Positions 8,909 through 16,645 of a stretch of DNA of 40,000 bases are shown piece after piece. The notes under the pieces are model-generated. The model searched no databases. It was not told the origin of the DNA and saw nothing but the letters and a program-made list of their open reading frames with translations. Source of the stretch: an uncultured Actinomycetes bacterium (lineage in GTDB: Bacteria > Actinomycetota > Actinomycetes > Acidothermales > Acidothermaceae); the NCBI GenBank assembly GCA_963782965.1, contig CAWALV010000002.1, forward strand, positions 737,529-777,528, given 5' to 3'. Each line of letters begins with the position of its first letter. Positions within the stretch are counted from its first letter, which is position 1. The position numbers and the translations under genes are program-made.

Positions 8909-9862
8909 ATGGCACCCATGACGACAACCACGATGGAAGATCGAGCGCTCGCGCCGGGCGGTGTGCGCCTTCGAGGGCTGGTCAAACGCTTCGGCGACGT
9001 TCAGGCGGTCGACGGCATCGACCTCGATATCGCGCCGGGTGAGACCGTGGCGCTGCTCGGCCCGAACGGCGCAGGGAAGTCGACGACGATCGACATGATC
9101 CTCGGGCTCGCGGCGCCAGACTCGGGTGAGGTCCGGGTCTTCGGGGAGACCCCGGCGCAGGCGGTGCAGCGCGGCGCGATCGGCGCGATGCTGCAGACCG
9201 GCCAGCTGATCCGCGACCTCACCGTGCGGGAAGTCCTCGAGATGATGGCGTCGTTCTATCCCAATCCGGCAGCGGTCGACGACGTCGTCGACGTGACGGG
9301 CGTTCGTGGCATCGTCGAGCGCCGCACGAACAAGCTCTCCGGCGGTGAGACGCAGCGAGTGCGTGCGGCGATCGCGCTGGTCTCCAACCCCGACCTGCTC
9401 GTGCTCGACGAGCCGACCGTGGCGATGGACGTCGAGGGGCGGCACGTGTTCTGGAACTCGATTCGCAGCATCGCCGCGCTCGGCAAGACGATCCTGTTCG
9501 CCACGCACTACCTCGAGGAAGCCGATTCCTACGCCGATCGCATCGTGTTGATGGCTCGCGGGCGGGTGGTCGCCGACGGGCCCGCCACCGAAATCAAGGC
9601 GACCGTCGGGCTTCGCACCATCCGCGCGACGTTGCCCGGCGTCGCGCTGCCGAGCCTTACGCAACTGGACGGCGTGCGAAGCGCCGACCGGCGCGGCGAA
9701 GCCGTCGTGCTGCACTGCACCGATTCCGACGCTGCCGTCCGCGCCCTGCTGCGTGACTATCCGGCGGCAAGCGACATTGAGATTGCCGGAGCCGGCCTGG
9801 AGCAGGCGTTCCTGCTGCTGACCGGCGACCGCCCCGCCGCAGACACGGAGGAGCTGTCGTGA
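8909..9862 (+). CDS. ABC transporter ATP-binding protein
   Basis: Walker A GPNGAGKST, signature LSGGETQRV, Walker B LLVLDEPT and H-loop ATH. The start is uncertain (ATG 8909, 8918 or 8933; the track ORF begins at 8852). Confidence 0.9.
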   Translation: MAPMTTTTMEDRALAPGGVRLRGLVKRFGDVQAVDGIDLDIAPGETVALLGPNGAGKSTTIDMILGLAAPDSGEVRVFGETPAQAVQRGAIGAMLQTGQLIRDLTVREVLEMMASFYPNPAAVDDVVDVTGVRGIVERRTNKLSGGETQRVRAAIALVSNPDLLVLDEPTVAMDVEGRHVFWNSIRSIAALGKTILFATHYLEEADSYADRIVLMARGRVVADGPATEIKATVGLRTIRATLPGVALPSLTQLDGVRSADRRGEAVVLHCTDSDAAVRALLRDYPAASDIEIAGAGLEQAFLLLTGDRPAADTEELS

Positions 9863-10587
9863 ACCTCACGTACTTGCGTTACGAGGTGTTGCGCACGTTT
9901 CGCAACCGCCGGTTCTTCATATTCTCCCTCGGTTTCCCGCTGGTGTTCTTCTACCTGATTGCCAGCCCGAACCGCCACGAGCAACTTGACGGCATTCCGT
10001 TCGCGACCTATTACCTCGCCGGTATGGCGTCCTACGGGACGGTCATGGCGATGGTCGGCACTGGCGGTCGAATCGCGGGTGAACGTGAGGCCGGATGGAC
10101 CCGCCAGCTTCGGCTGACCCCGTTGACTCCTCGGCAGTACTTCCGCGCAAAAGTCGTGGCGGGATACTTCATGGCGTTGACGACCATGGTGCTGCTGTTC
10201 GTCGCCGGGCTGACTCTCGGCGTACATCTGTCGGCACCCGACGTCGTCCGGATGGTCGGGCTGGTGATCGTCGGGCTGCTTCCCTTCGCCGCGCTCGGTA
10301 TCTTCGTCGGCCACCTCGTCACCCCCGACTCGATGGGCCCGGTTCTAGGTGGCGGCGTCACGATCCTGGCGTTCCTCGGGGGTTCGTGGGGGCAGGTGGG
10401 TGGCACCCACGGCTTCATGCACGGCGTCTCGGAGGCGACGCCCACGTACTGGTTGGTGCAGGCGGGCCATGCGCTCGTCGGGCAGCGGGCCTGGAGTTCG
10501 ACCGGCTGGCTCGTCGTCGCCGCGTGGACAGCTGTGCTCTCGGTGCTCGCGGCGCAGGCCTACCGGCGCGACACCCATCGGGTGTGA
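9859..10587 (+). CDS. ABC-2 type transporter permease
   Basis: 242-aa protein with 6 TM segments. Its start overlaps the ATPase stop by 4 nt. Confidence 0.75.
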   Translation: MNLTYLRYEVLRTFRNRRFFIFSLGFPLVFFYLIASPNRHEQLDGIPFATYYLAGMASYGTVMAMVGTGGRIAGEREAGWTRQLRLTPLTPRQYFRAKVVAGYFMALTTMVLLFVAGLTLGVHLSAPDVVRMVGLVIVGLLPFAALGIFVGHLVTPDSMGPVLGGGVTILAFLGGSWGQVGGTHGFMHGVSEATPTYWLVQAGHALVGQRAWSSTGWLVVAAWTAVLSVLAAQAYRRDTHRV

Positions 10588-11681
10588 GCGCGAAGAGCGG
10601 GGCGCAGCGCTGGCGACGCGGAGGCGGCGTCTGGCTGATCTACCTGCTCCAGCCCCTCGGCGCTGCGTGGAGCCACCACCGGCTCCTCGCCAGCATCGGT
10701 GGAACGCTGCTGCTGTTCGCGTTCGCGCTCAGCTACCTCTTCTTGGTGCCGCTGTGTTGGCGAACCGAGCCGCGCTGGCGCCTGGCGCCGATCGCCGTCC
10801 CGCTCGAAGTCTTCGCGCTCTCCGTGGGCAGCGCAGCTGTCATCGGGGTGGCCGGTCTGGTCACGGTTATCTTCGTCGCGGCGACCCTTATCGTGACGCT
10901 CGAGCCCAAGGTCGCGTTACCCTTCGCGGCCGTGTTGGCCGTCGCGGTAGGCGTCGTCCCGCAATACATCGAACCCTGGCACCAGAGCGGGACCGAATGG
11001 TCGCTGGCCGTCGCCGTCGCCCTCGCCTCCACGGCCATCCTGGGCTTCACCCGGCTCCTTCAGGCCAATCACGAACTCACCGCCGCTCGCGAGACGGTCG
11101 CGACGTTGGCCGCCGAACACGAACGGATGCGCATCGCGCGCGACCTGCACGACCTGCTCGGCCATTCACTGACGACCGTGACGGTGAAGGCGGCCGTCGC
11201 GGCGCGCCTCGTCGATTCCGACCCCGCGCGGGCGCGTAGCGAGATGGGTGAGGTCGAACTTCTCGCCCGCGAGGCACTCGCCGACGTGCGCACGGCGGTC
11301 GCCGGGTATCGCGAGGTTCGCCTCGCGACGGAGCTCGCGACCGCACGCGAAGTGCTCGCCGCTGCGGGGATAGCGGCCGAGCTGCCGCAGGGCGTCGACC
11401 ACGTGGCGGGTGAACTCGCCGGCCTGTTCGGGTGGGTTGTCCGCGAAGGCGTCACCAATGTCGTGCGACATTCGCGGGCGCATCGGGTGCGCGTCACCGT
11501 CGGCGCGCGCGAGATCGAGATCGTCGACGATGGGTGTGGCGCGCAGCGAGCGGCCGCAGGGCACGGCCTGACCGGCCTCGCCGAACGAGCCGCGGCAGTG
11601 GGCGGCCGGCTCGTCACCGGGACGGCGGCAGACGGCTTCTCGGCGTCCGGCTTCCGGTTGCGCGTCGAGGTGCCGGGGTGA
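10584..11681 (+). CDS. sensor histidine kinase, HisKA_3 (DesK/LiaS/NarX-like) class, intramembrane-sensing type
   Basis: GTG at 10584 overlaps the permease TGA (GTGA). About 5 N-terminal TM segments with no large extracytoplasmic loop. H-box ERMRIARDLHDLLGHSL, N-box REGVTNVVRHS and G-box DDGCG..GHGLTGL. The track ORF from 10095 is an out-of-gene extension. Confidence 0.85.
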   Translation: MSAKSGAQRWRRGGGVWLIYLLQPLGAAWSHHRLLASIGGTLLLFAFALSYLFLVPLCWRTEPRWRLAPIAVPLEVFALSVGSAAVIGVAGLVTVIFVAATLIVTLEPKVALPFAAVLAVAVGVVPQYIEPWHQSGTEWSLAVAVALASTAILGFTRLLQANHELTAARETVATLAAEHERMRIARDLHDLLGHSLTTVTVKAAVAARLVDSDPARARSEMGEVELLAREALADVRTAVAGYREVRLATELATAREVLAAAGIAAELPQGVDHVAGELAGLFGWVVREGVTNVVRHSRAHRVRVTVGAREIEIVDDGCGAQRAAAGHGLTGLAERAAAVGGRLVTGTAADGFSASGFRLRVEVPG

Positions 11682-12289
11682 GCACGATCCGAGTGCTGAT
11701 GGCCGACGACCAGCATTTGGTGCGCGGGGCCCTCGCGACACTGCTGTCGCTGGAACCCGATATCGAGGTCGTCGCCCAGGTCTCGCGCGGTGACGAGGTT
11801 GTGGCGAGCGCGCTCGAGACCGGCGCTAACGTCGCTGTGCTGGACGTCGAGATGCCCGGGCTCGACGGGTTGGCCGCGGCGTCGGCGCTGGCCGCGGCCG
11901 TGCCCAGCTGCAAGGTGCTCATCGTGACCACCTTCGGGCGCGCCGGTTACCTGCGACGTGCCATGGAAGCCGGAGCGCTGGGATTCCTGGTGAAGGACGC
12001 GCCCGCCGCGCAACTCGCCGACGCGGTACGCCGGGTCGCCCGCGGCGAGCGTGTAGTCGACCCGGAGCTGGCAGCCGCCACGTTGGCCGGCGGCTCTTCG
12101 CCGCTGACCGCGCGAGAACGCGACGCACTCGTCGCGGCCCGCGACGGCGCGACCATCGCCGACATCGCGCAACGACTGGTGCTGAGTGAGGGGACGGTCC
12201 GCAACTACCTCTCCGCGGCAATCTCCAAGACAGGCACCCGCAACCGGTTGGAGGCATTGCGAATAGCCGAAGACAACGGCTGGCTGTGA
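11678..12289 (+). CDS. NarL/FixJ (LuxR) family response regulator
   Basis: GTG at 11678 overlaps the kinase TGA. Receiver domain IRVLMADDQHLVRGAL..VAVLDVEMPGLDG, plus a C-terminal LuxR helix-turn-helix LTARERDAL..GATIADIAQRLVLSEGTVRNYLSAAISK. Confidence 0.9.
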   Translation: MSTIRVLMADDQHLVRGALATLLSLEPDIEVVAQVSRGDEVVASALETGANVAVLDVEMPGLDGLAAASALAAAVPSCKVLIVTTFGRAGYLRRAMEAGALGFLVKDAPAAQLADAVRRVARGERVVDPELAAATLAGGSSPLTARERDALVAARDGATIADIAQRLVLSEGTVRNYLSAAISKTGTRNRLEALRIAEDNGWL

Positions 12290-12817
12290 CTACTCCAGCG
12301 GGCCGTTCCACGGCGTGGGCGCGGCGCCGTCGATCTGGTGAATGAACTCATCGACGTACCAGGTGCTGAAGGCGGCAATCGCCGGATCGCGCGGCAGGGT
12401 CAGCAACTGTTCCTCGCGGCAGAACTCGTCGGCGTCCGCCATGAGCTGGCGCAACATCTGAAGGTTCGGGCGTAGGTCGGGCGGTACGTGGTAGACGAGA
12501 TCGACGGTGGGGTCACCGCGTTCGATGGCGGCGTCGCGCTCGGCGTCCGCCCTCGATGCGGATGCCGAATAACGACGACCCAGCAGTTCGACCAGCTCGG
12601 CCAGCCGCGGCGGTCGCGGCCGCACGCTTCCGTCCCGCGGCCCGCCCGTGTCGCCGATAGCCATCAGCGCGAACTCGCGAAGCAGCTCGTCGTGATGTTC
12701 TCGCGCCCGCACGAACAACGCCGTCGGCATGCCGATCAGCCGGACCTCGCAAGGTTGGTCACTCGGCTGCGACTCGTTGCCGTAGCGGCCCAGGACCGGT
12801 CCACCCGGGCTGTTCAT
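12290..12817 (-). CDS. hypothetical protein (175 aa), function unknown
   Basis: ATG at 12817. It is acidic and soluble-looking, with no motif I can name. The upstream part of the 433-aa track ORF (12818-13591) is Arg/Ser/Pro-rich junk antisense to phoH2. Confidence 0.5.
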   Translation of the reverse strand: MNSPGGPVLGRYGNESQPSDQPCEVRLIGMPTALFVRAREHHDELLREFALMAIGDTGGPRDGSVRPRPPRLAELVELLGRRYSASASRADAERDAAIERGDPTVDLVYHVPPDLRPNLQMLRQLMADADEFCREEQLLTLPRDPAIAAFSTWYVDEFIHQIDGAAPTPWNGPLE

Positions 12818-13070
12818 CCGTTCGTACTCCCGCCTTCGTCCGGGTCGCGCCGCCGGTGGCCGGGCGGCGACACGATCATGGCCGGGTGCTCGAATCCCCC
12901 ACCCGACCCCGACCGCAGGACACGATCGAACCAGCAGCGGCCGTTCGGCGCCAGATTCGGTGCGTGGGAGACGGGAGAACCGGGTGTCAGGATCGCAAAC
13001 CACGCAGCTTCCGGAGATGCCGCCAGACCCCACGCAGGTTGTCTCGGGCTCCGCGGGTAGACGGGAGGTC

Positions 13071-14432
13071 ATGGTGGCGCAGACCGTCGTCCTCGACACC
13101 TCGGCGCTGATGTCCGATCCGGAGGGCATCTTCGACGCGTATCCGGGCTGCGACATGGTCGTGCCGCTGACCGCCGTACAGGAACTCGACGGCCTGAAGA
13201 AGCGCCTCGACCCGGCAGGCGCGGCGGCCCGCGACGTCCTGCGTCGCATCGAGTCGTTGCGCCTGGCCGCGGGCGGCGACCTGCGCAAGCCGTACGAGCG
13301 GTCGGTGGGCGGCACGGTCCGGATGCAGGTGAACGGTGTGCAGCCGGGTCTGTTGCAGCAGCACGGGTTGCACGCGGAGAGCGCTGACAACCGCATCGTC
13401 GGCACGGCGCTGGGGTTGGCGGCGTTCGAGCCGGATGCCGGCCAGGTGCTCGTCGTCTCCAACGACACGGCACTGCGGTTGACCGCTGCCGCGGTCGGGC
13501 TCGCCGCGGCGGAGCACAGTCCGCTCGACCTGGTGCCCGCGCATGCGCGGCCCGAAGGCTGGGGCACCCTCGATGTCGAAGCCGCACTCATCGACGAGCT
13601 GTTCGAGCGTCACGACATCGACGGCGCGGCGGCCGGCGCAGCGGACCTCGCCGAGAACACATTTGCGGTCCTGCGCGCGGGGACGACCTCGGCGCTGGCG
13701 CGGTTGCGCGGCGGACGGTTGCACCTGCTCGACACCGTCGCGCCGGTATGGGGCCTGAAGGCTGCCAACAAGGAGCAGCGCTTCGCGCTCGACCTGCTCC
13801 TGGACGACGAGGTCAAGGTCATCGTGCTCGACGGACCGGCGGGTACCGGCAAGACGCTGTGTGCCGTCGCGGCGGGGCTGCACATGGTGGTCGAGCAACA
13901 CCGCTTCGAACGGTTGTCGGTGTACCGGCCGGTCATCCCGGTCGGGCACGCCGATCTCGGCTACCTGCCAGGCACCCTGGACGAAAAGATCGACCCTTGG
14001 ATGGCTGCCATCACCGACGCCGTGGCCGCGTTATCGGGCGACGGTGCGGCCGACCGCCGTCGCCGCCAGGACGGCGGGCGCGGCAAGGTGGCGCAGGACT
14101 CACTCGACTACATCAAGGCGCAGGGCTTGCTCACCATGGAGTCGGTGACGCATCTGCGCGGACGCACGCTGCACTCGACATTCGTCCTCGTCGACGAGGC
14201 GATGAACCTGTCGCCGCAGGTCGGCAAAACGCTGCTGACCCGGATCGGCGCCGACTCCAAGATCGTCCTTACCGGCGATACGTCGCAGATCGATGCGCCC
14301 TTCCTGTCCGAGCAGACGAATGCCCTGACGGCGGTCGTCTCGGCGTTCACCGGCCAATCCTGCTTCGGCCATGTGCGGCTCACCCGAGGCGAGCGGTCAC
14401 CGGTCGCGGAGCTGGCCGCCCGGTTGATGTAG
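13071..14432 (+). CDS. phoH2: PhoH-like ATPase with N-terminal PIN domain (PhoH2 type)
   Basis: ATG at 13071 is preceded by GGGAGG (13063-13068). PIN-like N-terminus VVLDTSALMSDPEGIF..VVPLTAVQELDGLK..ADNRIV. PhoH domain with Walker A GPAGTGKT, Walker B FVLVDEAMNL and LTGDTSQID. Confidence 0.85.
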   Translation: MVAQTVVLDTSALMSDPEGIFDAYPGCDMVVPLTAVQELDGLKKRLDPAGAAARDVLRRIESLRLAAGGDLRKPYERSVGGTVRMQVNGVQPGLLQQHGLHAESADNRIVGTALGLAAFEPDAGQVLVVSNDTALRLTAAAVGLAAAEHSPLDLVPAHARPEGWGTLDVEAALIDELFERHDIDGAAAGAADLAENTFAVLRAGTTSALARLRGGRLHLLDTVAPVWGLKAANKEQRFALDLLLDDEVKVIVLDGPAGTGKTLCAVAAGLHMVVEQHRFERLSVYRPVIPVGHADLGYLPGTLDEKIDPWMAAITDAVAALSGDGAADRRRRQDGGRGKVAQDSLDYIKAQGLLTMESVTHLRGRTLHSTFVLVDEAMNLSPQVGKTLLTRIGADSKIVLTGDTSQIDAPFLSEQTNALTAVVSAFTGQSCFGHVRLTRGERSPVAELAARLM

Positions 14433-14469
14433 CCCAAATCAGGATCCAACCGGCTCCTCGGTCTTAGGT

Positions 14470-14716
14470 TGTTGCGCCGAACGGCCGAAGCGGAGTAGGT
14501 CGCACGGGCTTTCGTAGGCGTGGGCCGAACGGCCCCGGGAGCCCGCCGAGAACTACACGGGTGTCGTTAAGCGGCTGCGGTTGCTGAGGCGAGGAGAGTT
14601 TTCTGTGACTCCTGTTGCCAATGTGGGTTATCCCGCTAAGGTCAGCGGCAGCCCACAACCGCTTCGGGAACCGCACCGCGTCATGCCGGTCGTTCTCGCC
14701 GAATCGGAGGTCTTGA
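14470..14716 (+). promoter_or_regulatory. long structured 5' leader of the NlpC/P60 gene; candidate riboswitch (ydaO/c-di-AMP class suspected but not confirmed)
   Basis: The spacer after phoH2 is 284 nt. It contains a duplicated GCCGAACGGCC (14476-14486 and 14524-14534) and nested helices GCGGTTG 14577-14583/CAACCGC 14656-14662, GTGGG 14623-14627/CCCAC 14652-14656 and CCGCT 14633-14637/AGCGG 14644-14648. It has only partial resemblance to ydaO conserved blocks (GGGCCGAAC, CGTTAAGCG). Confidence 0.35.
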
Positions 14717-16048
14717 GTGTCTGAGATCCCCGTTTCCGCTGCCCGCCGCATCCGGCGGGCCGGAGCGAGCATCGTTCTCGTCGGTTCCGTGCTGGCCGCG
14801 CTCCTCGGCGGAGCCGGCACCGCCGCAGCCGCCAAGAAGCCGATCCCCAGCCAGGCACAGGTGAACGCGGCGAAGGCCGCTGCGCAGGCGAAGGCAGTTC
14901 AGATCGGCCAGACCCAGGCGCAGCTCGCAGCGGCCGATGCCGCGTTGCACAAGCTCAACGACAAGGCCGAGACGGCGATCGAGTTCTACAACGGTGCGGT
15001 CGTGTCGCTTCAGGCGGCGAAGGTCGCGGCGGCTGACGCGCAGGCCAAGCTGATTGCCGCGCAGCAGGCGCGCGCCGATGCCCAGAGCCGGCTCAACCGC
15101 TTCGCCGCCCAGACGTACATGGGTTCCGGCGACCTCGGCAAGTTGAGTGCGCTGGTCACCGCACCCGACCCGGAGGCCTTCATGGCCCGGGCCGGCACGC
15201 TCTCAGCGATCGGCCGGCATCGGCAAGCCGTGATCAGTGACATGAAGCTGGCCGAGAACCACCAGGCCGCGGCGCAAGTAGTCGCGAAGCAGGCCCTGGC
15301 CGCCCAGCAGAAGGCCAGCGACGCCGCAGCCGCCGCCAAGGACGCCGCGATCAAGGCGGTCAACGACCAGTCCGCGCAGGTGCAGCAGGTCACCCAGAAC
15401 AAGCAGCATTTGCAGGCCCAACTCGCGGTGCTGCAAGGCACCGCCAAGAACCTGGCCGACGCGCGAGAGCGCGGTCTCAAAGAGCTCGCGGCCGAGCGCG
15501 CTGCTGCCGCGGCCGCTGCGGCCGCAGCCGCAGCAGCACGCCAGCGCCTGCAACAGGCAACCAACGCGGGGTTCGGCGGTTCGTCCGGCGGATCGTCCGG
15601 AGGTGGCGGCGTCACTCCCGGTACCGGGCACTCGATCTCGTCGACCAGCCAGCGCGCCGGCGCGGTCGCGTATGCGCGGGCGCAGATCGGCATCTGGTAC
15701 CGGTGGGCGGGCGCCGGCGAGGTCGGACCAACCGTGACCGCGAGCGGCGTGCAGAACGTGGTCGGCTACGACTGCTCAGGTCTCACCATGCGCGCATATG
15801 GTTCGGTCGGCATCTCTCTCGGCCACTACACGGGCTTGCAGTGGGACGAAGGGATGCACGTTTCCACCAGCCAGCTGGTGCCCGGCGATCTGGTCTTCTT
15901 CGCGACCAATCTCAACGATCCGGCGACCATCCACCACGTCGGCATCTACATCGGCAACGGCCAGATGATCGACGCTCCGCAAACCGGTGAGCAGATCGGC
16001 ATCCACAACGCGTTCCGCCCCGACTACATCGGAGCCGTACAGCCCTGA
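14717..16048 (+). CDS. RipA-like secreted peptidoglycan endopeptidase (coiled-coil N-terminal domain plus C-terminal NlpC/P60 domain)
   Basis: GTG start with GGAGG 7 nt upstream. Signal peptide, then a long Ala/Gln/Lys-rich coiled coil, a poly-Ala run and a GGSSGG linker. NlpC/P60 catalytic pattern YDCSGLTMRAY ... HHVGIYIGNGQMIDAP. Confidence 0.85.
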   Translation: MSEIPVSAARRIRRAGASIVLVGSVLAALLGGAGTAAAAKKPIPSQAQVNAAKAAAQAKAVQIGQTQAQLAAADAALHKLNDKAETAIEFYNGAVVSLQAAKVAAADAQAKLIAAQQARADAQSRLNRFAAQTYMGSGDLGKLSALVTAPDPEAFMARAGTLSAIGRHRQAVISDMKLAENHQAAAQVVAKQALAAQQKASDAAAAAKDAAIKAVNDQSAQVQQVTQNKQHLQAQLAVLQGTAKNLADARERGLKELAAERAAAAAAAAAAAAARQRLQQATNAGFGGSSGGSSGGGGVTPGTGHSISSTSQRAGAVAYARAQIGIWYRWAGAGEVGPTVTASGVQNVVGYDCSGLTMRAYGSVGISLGHYTGLQWDEGMHVSTSQLVPGDLVFFATNLNDPATIHHVGIYIGNGQMIDAPQTGEQIGIHNAFRPDYIGAVQP

Positions 16049-16056
16049 GCGGTGCG

Positions 16057-16566
16057 TCAGTGCGACTCGTGCGAGGAACCGATGAGCCGCTCGCGTGACC
16101 TGCGGATCTCGGCTTCCGCCTCCGTACGCCCGGCCCACGTCGCGCCCTCGACCGACTTGCCGGGCTCGAGGTCCTTGTAGACCTCGAAGAAGTGCTGGAT
16201 CTCCAGCCGGTCCCACGGAGGCACGTCCTCGATCTCGCGCAGGTGCCGCTGGCGCGGGTCGCTCGACGGCACGCACAGCACCTTGTCGTCGCCGCCCTTC
16301 TCATCGGTCATCCGGAACATGCCGATCGCACGACAACGGATCAGGCATCCGGGAAATGTCGGTTCCTCCAGCAGGACGAGCGCGTCGAGCGGGTCACCGT
16401 CGGCACCGAGGGTGCCGTCGATGAAGCCGTAGTCGCTCGGATACCGCGTCGCGGTGAACAGCATGCGGTCGAGCCTGATCCGCCCGGTCTTGTGATCGAT
16501 CTCGTACTTGTTGCGCTGTCCCTTCGGAATCTCGATCGTGACGTCGAAGTCCATCGCGAAGTCCAT
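16057..16566 (-). CDS. ppa: inorganic pyrophosphatase
   Basis: [26 protein letters not shown] and [10 protein letters not shown] are family I PPase signatures. The start is either ATG 16566 (SD-like AGGGG upstream) or ATG 16554, because of a 12-nt tandem duplication of the start region. Confidence 0.9.
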   Translation of the reverse strand: MDFAMDFDVTIEIPKGQRNKYEIDHKTGRIRLDRMLFTATRYPSDYGFIDGTLGADGDPLDALVLLEEPTFPGCLIRCRAIGMFRMTDEKGGDDKVLCVPSSDPRQRHLREIEDVPPWDRLEIQHFFEVYKDLEPGKSVEGATWAGRTEAEAEIRRSRERLIGSSHESH

Positions 16567-16645
16567 CGCGCAACCGCCCCTGCTCGTCGTCATTCGTGGC
16601 CTCGGACCCGGTGGTCTTGGCTAGTGTCGCTTACCGCAAACGTTG

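Noticed and set aside
10095-10583. N-terminal extensions of track ORFs (kinase from 10095, regulator from 11432, hpt from 19895, folP from 25332, DUF3180 from 27239, YdbT-like from 29902, nadC from 35734)
   Set aside because: The extensions overlap the preceding gene in another frame and are Arg/Pro-rich. Each is replaced by a GTG start overlapping the upstream TGA, after which the sequence becomes family-like.
12856-13110. 84-aa plus-strand ORF overlapping the phoH2 start, considered as a phoAT-like antitoxin
   Set aside because: Its Arg-rich composition looks like off-frame noise, and I see no SD. It is kept only as a question in the findings and is not annotated as a gene.
14464-14482. 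TTAGGTTGTTGCGCCGAAC resembles the first half of the IdeR iron box (TTAGGTTAGGCTAACCTAA)
   Set aside because: Only the first 7 positions match and the dyad-symmetric second half is absent. This is likely coincidence.
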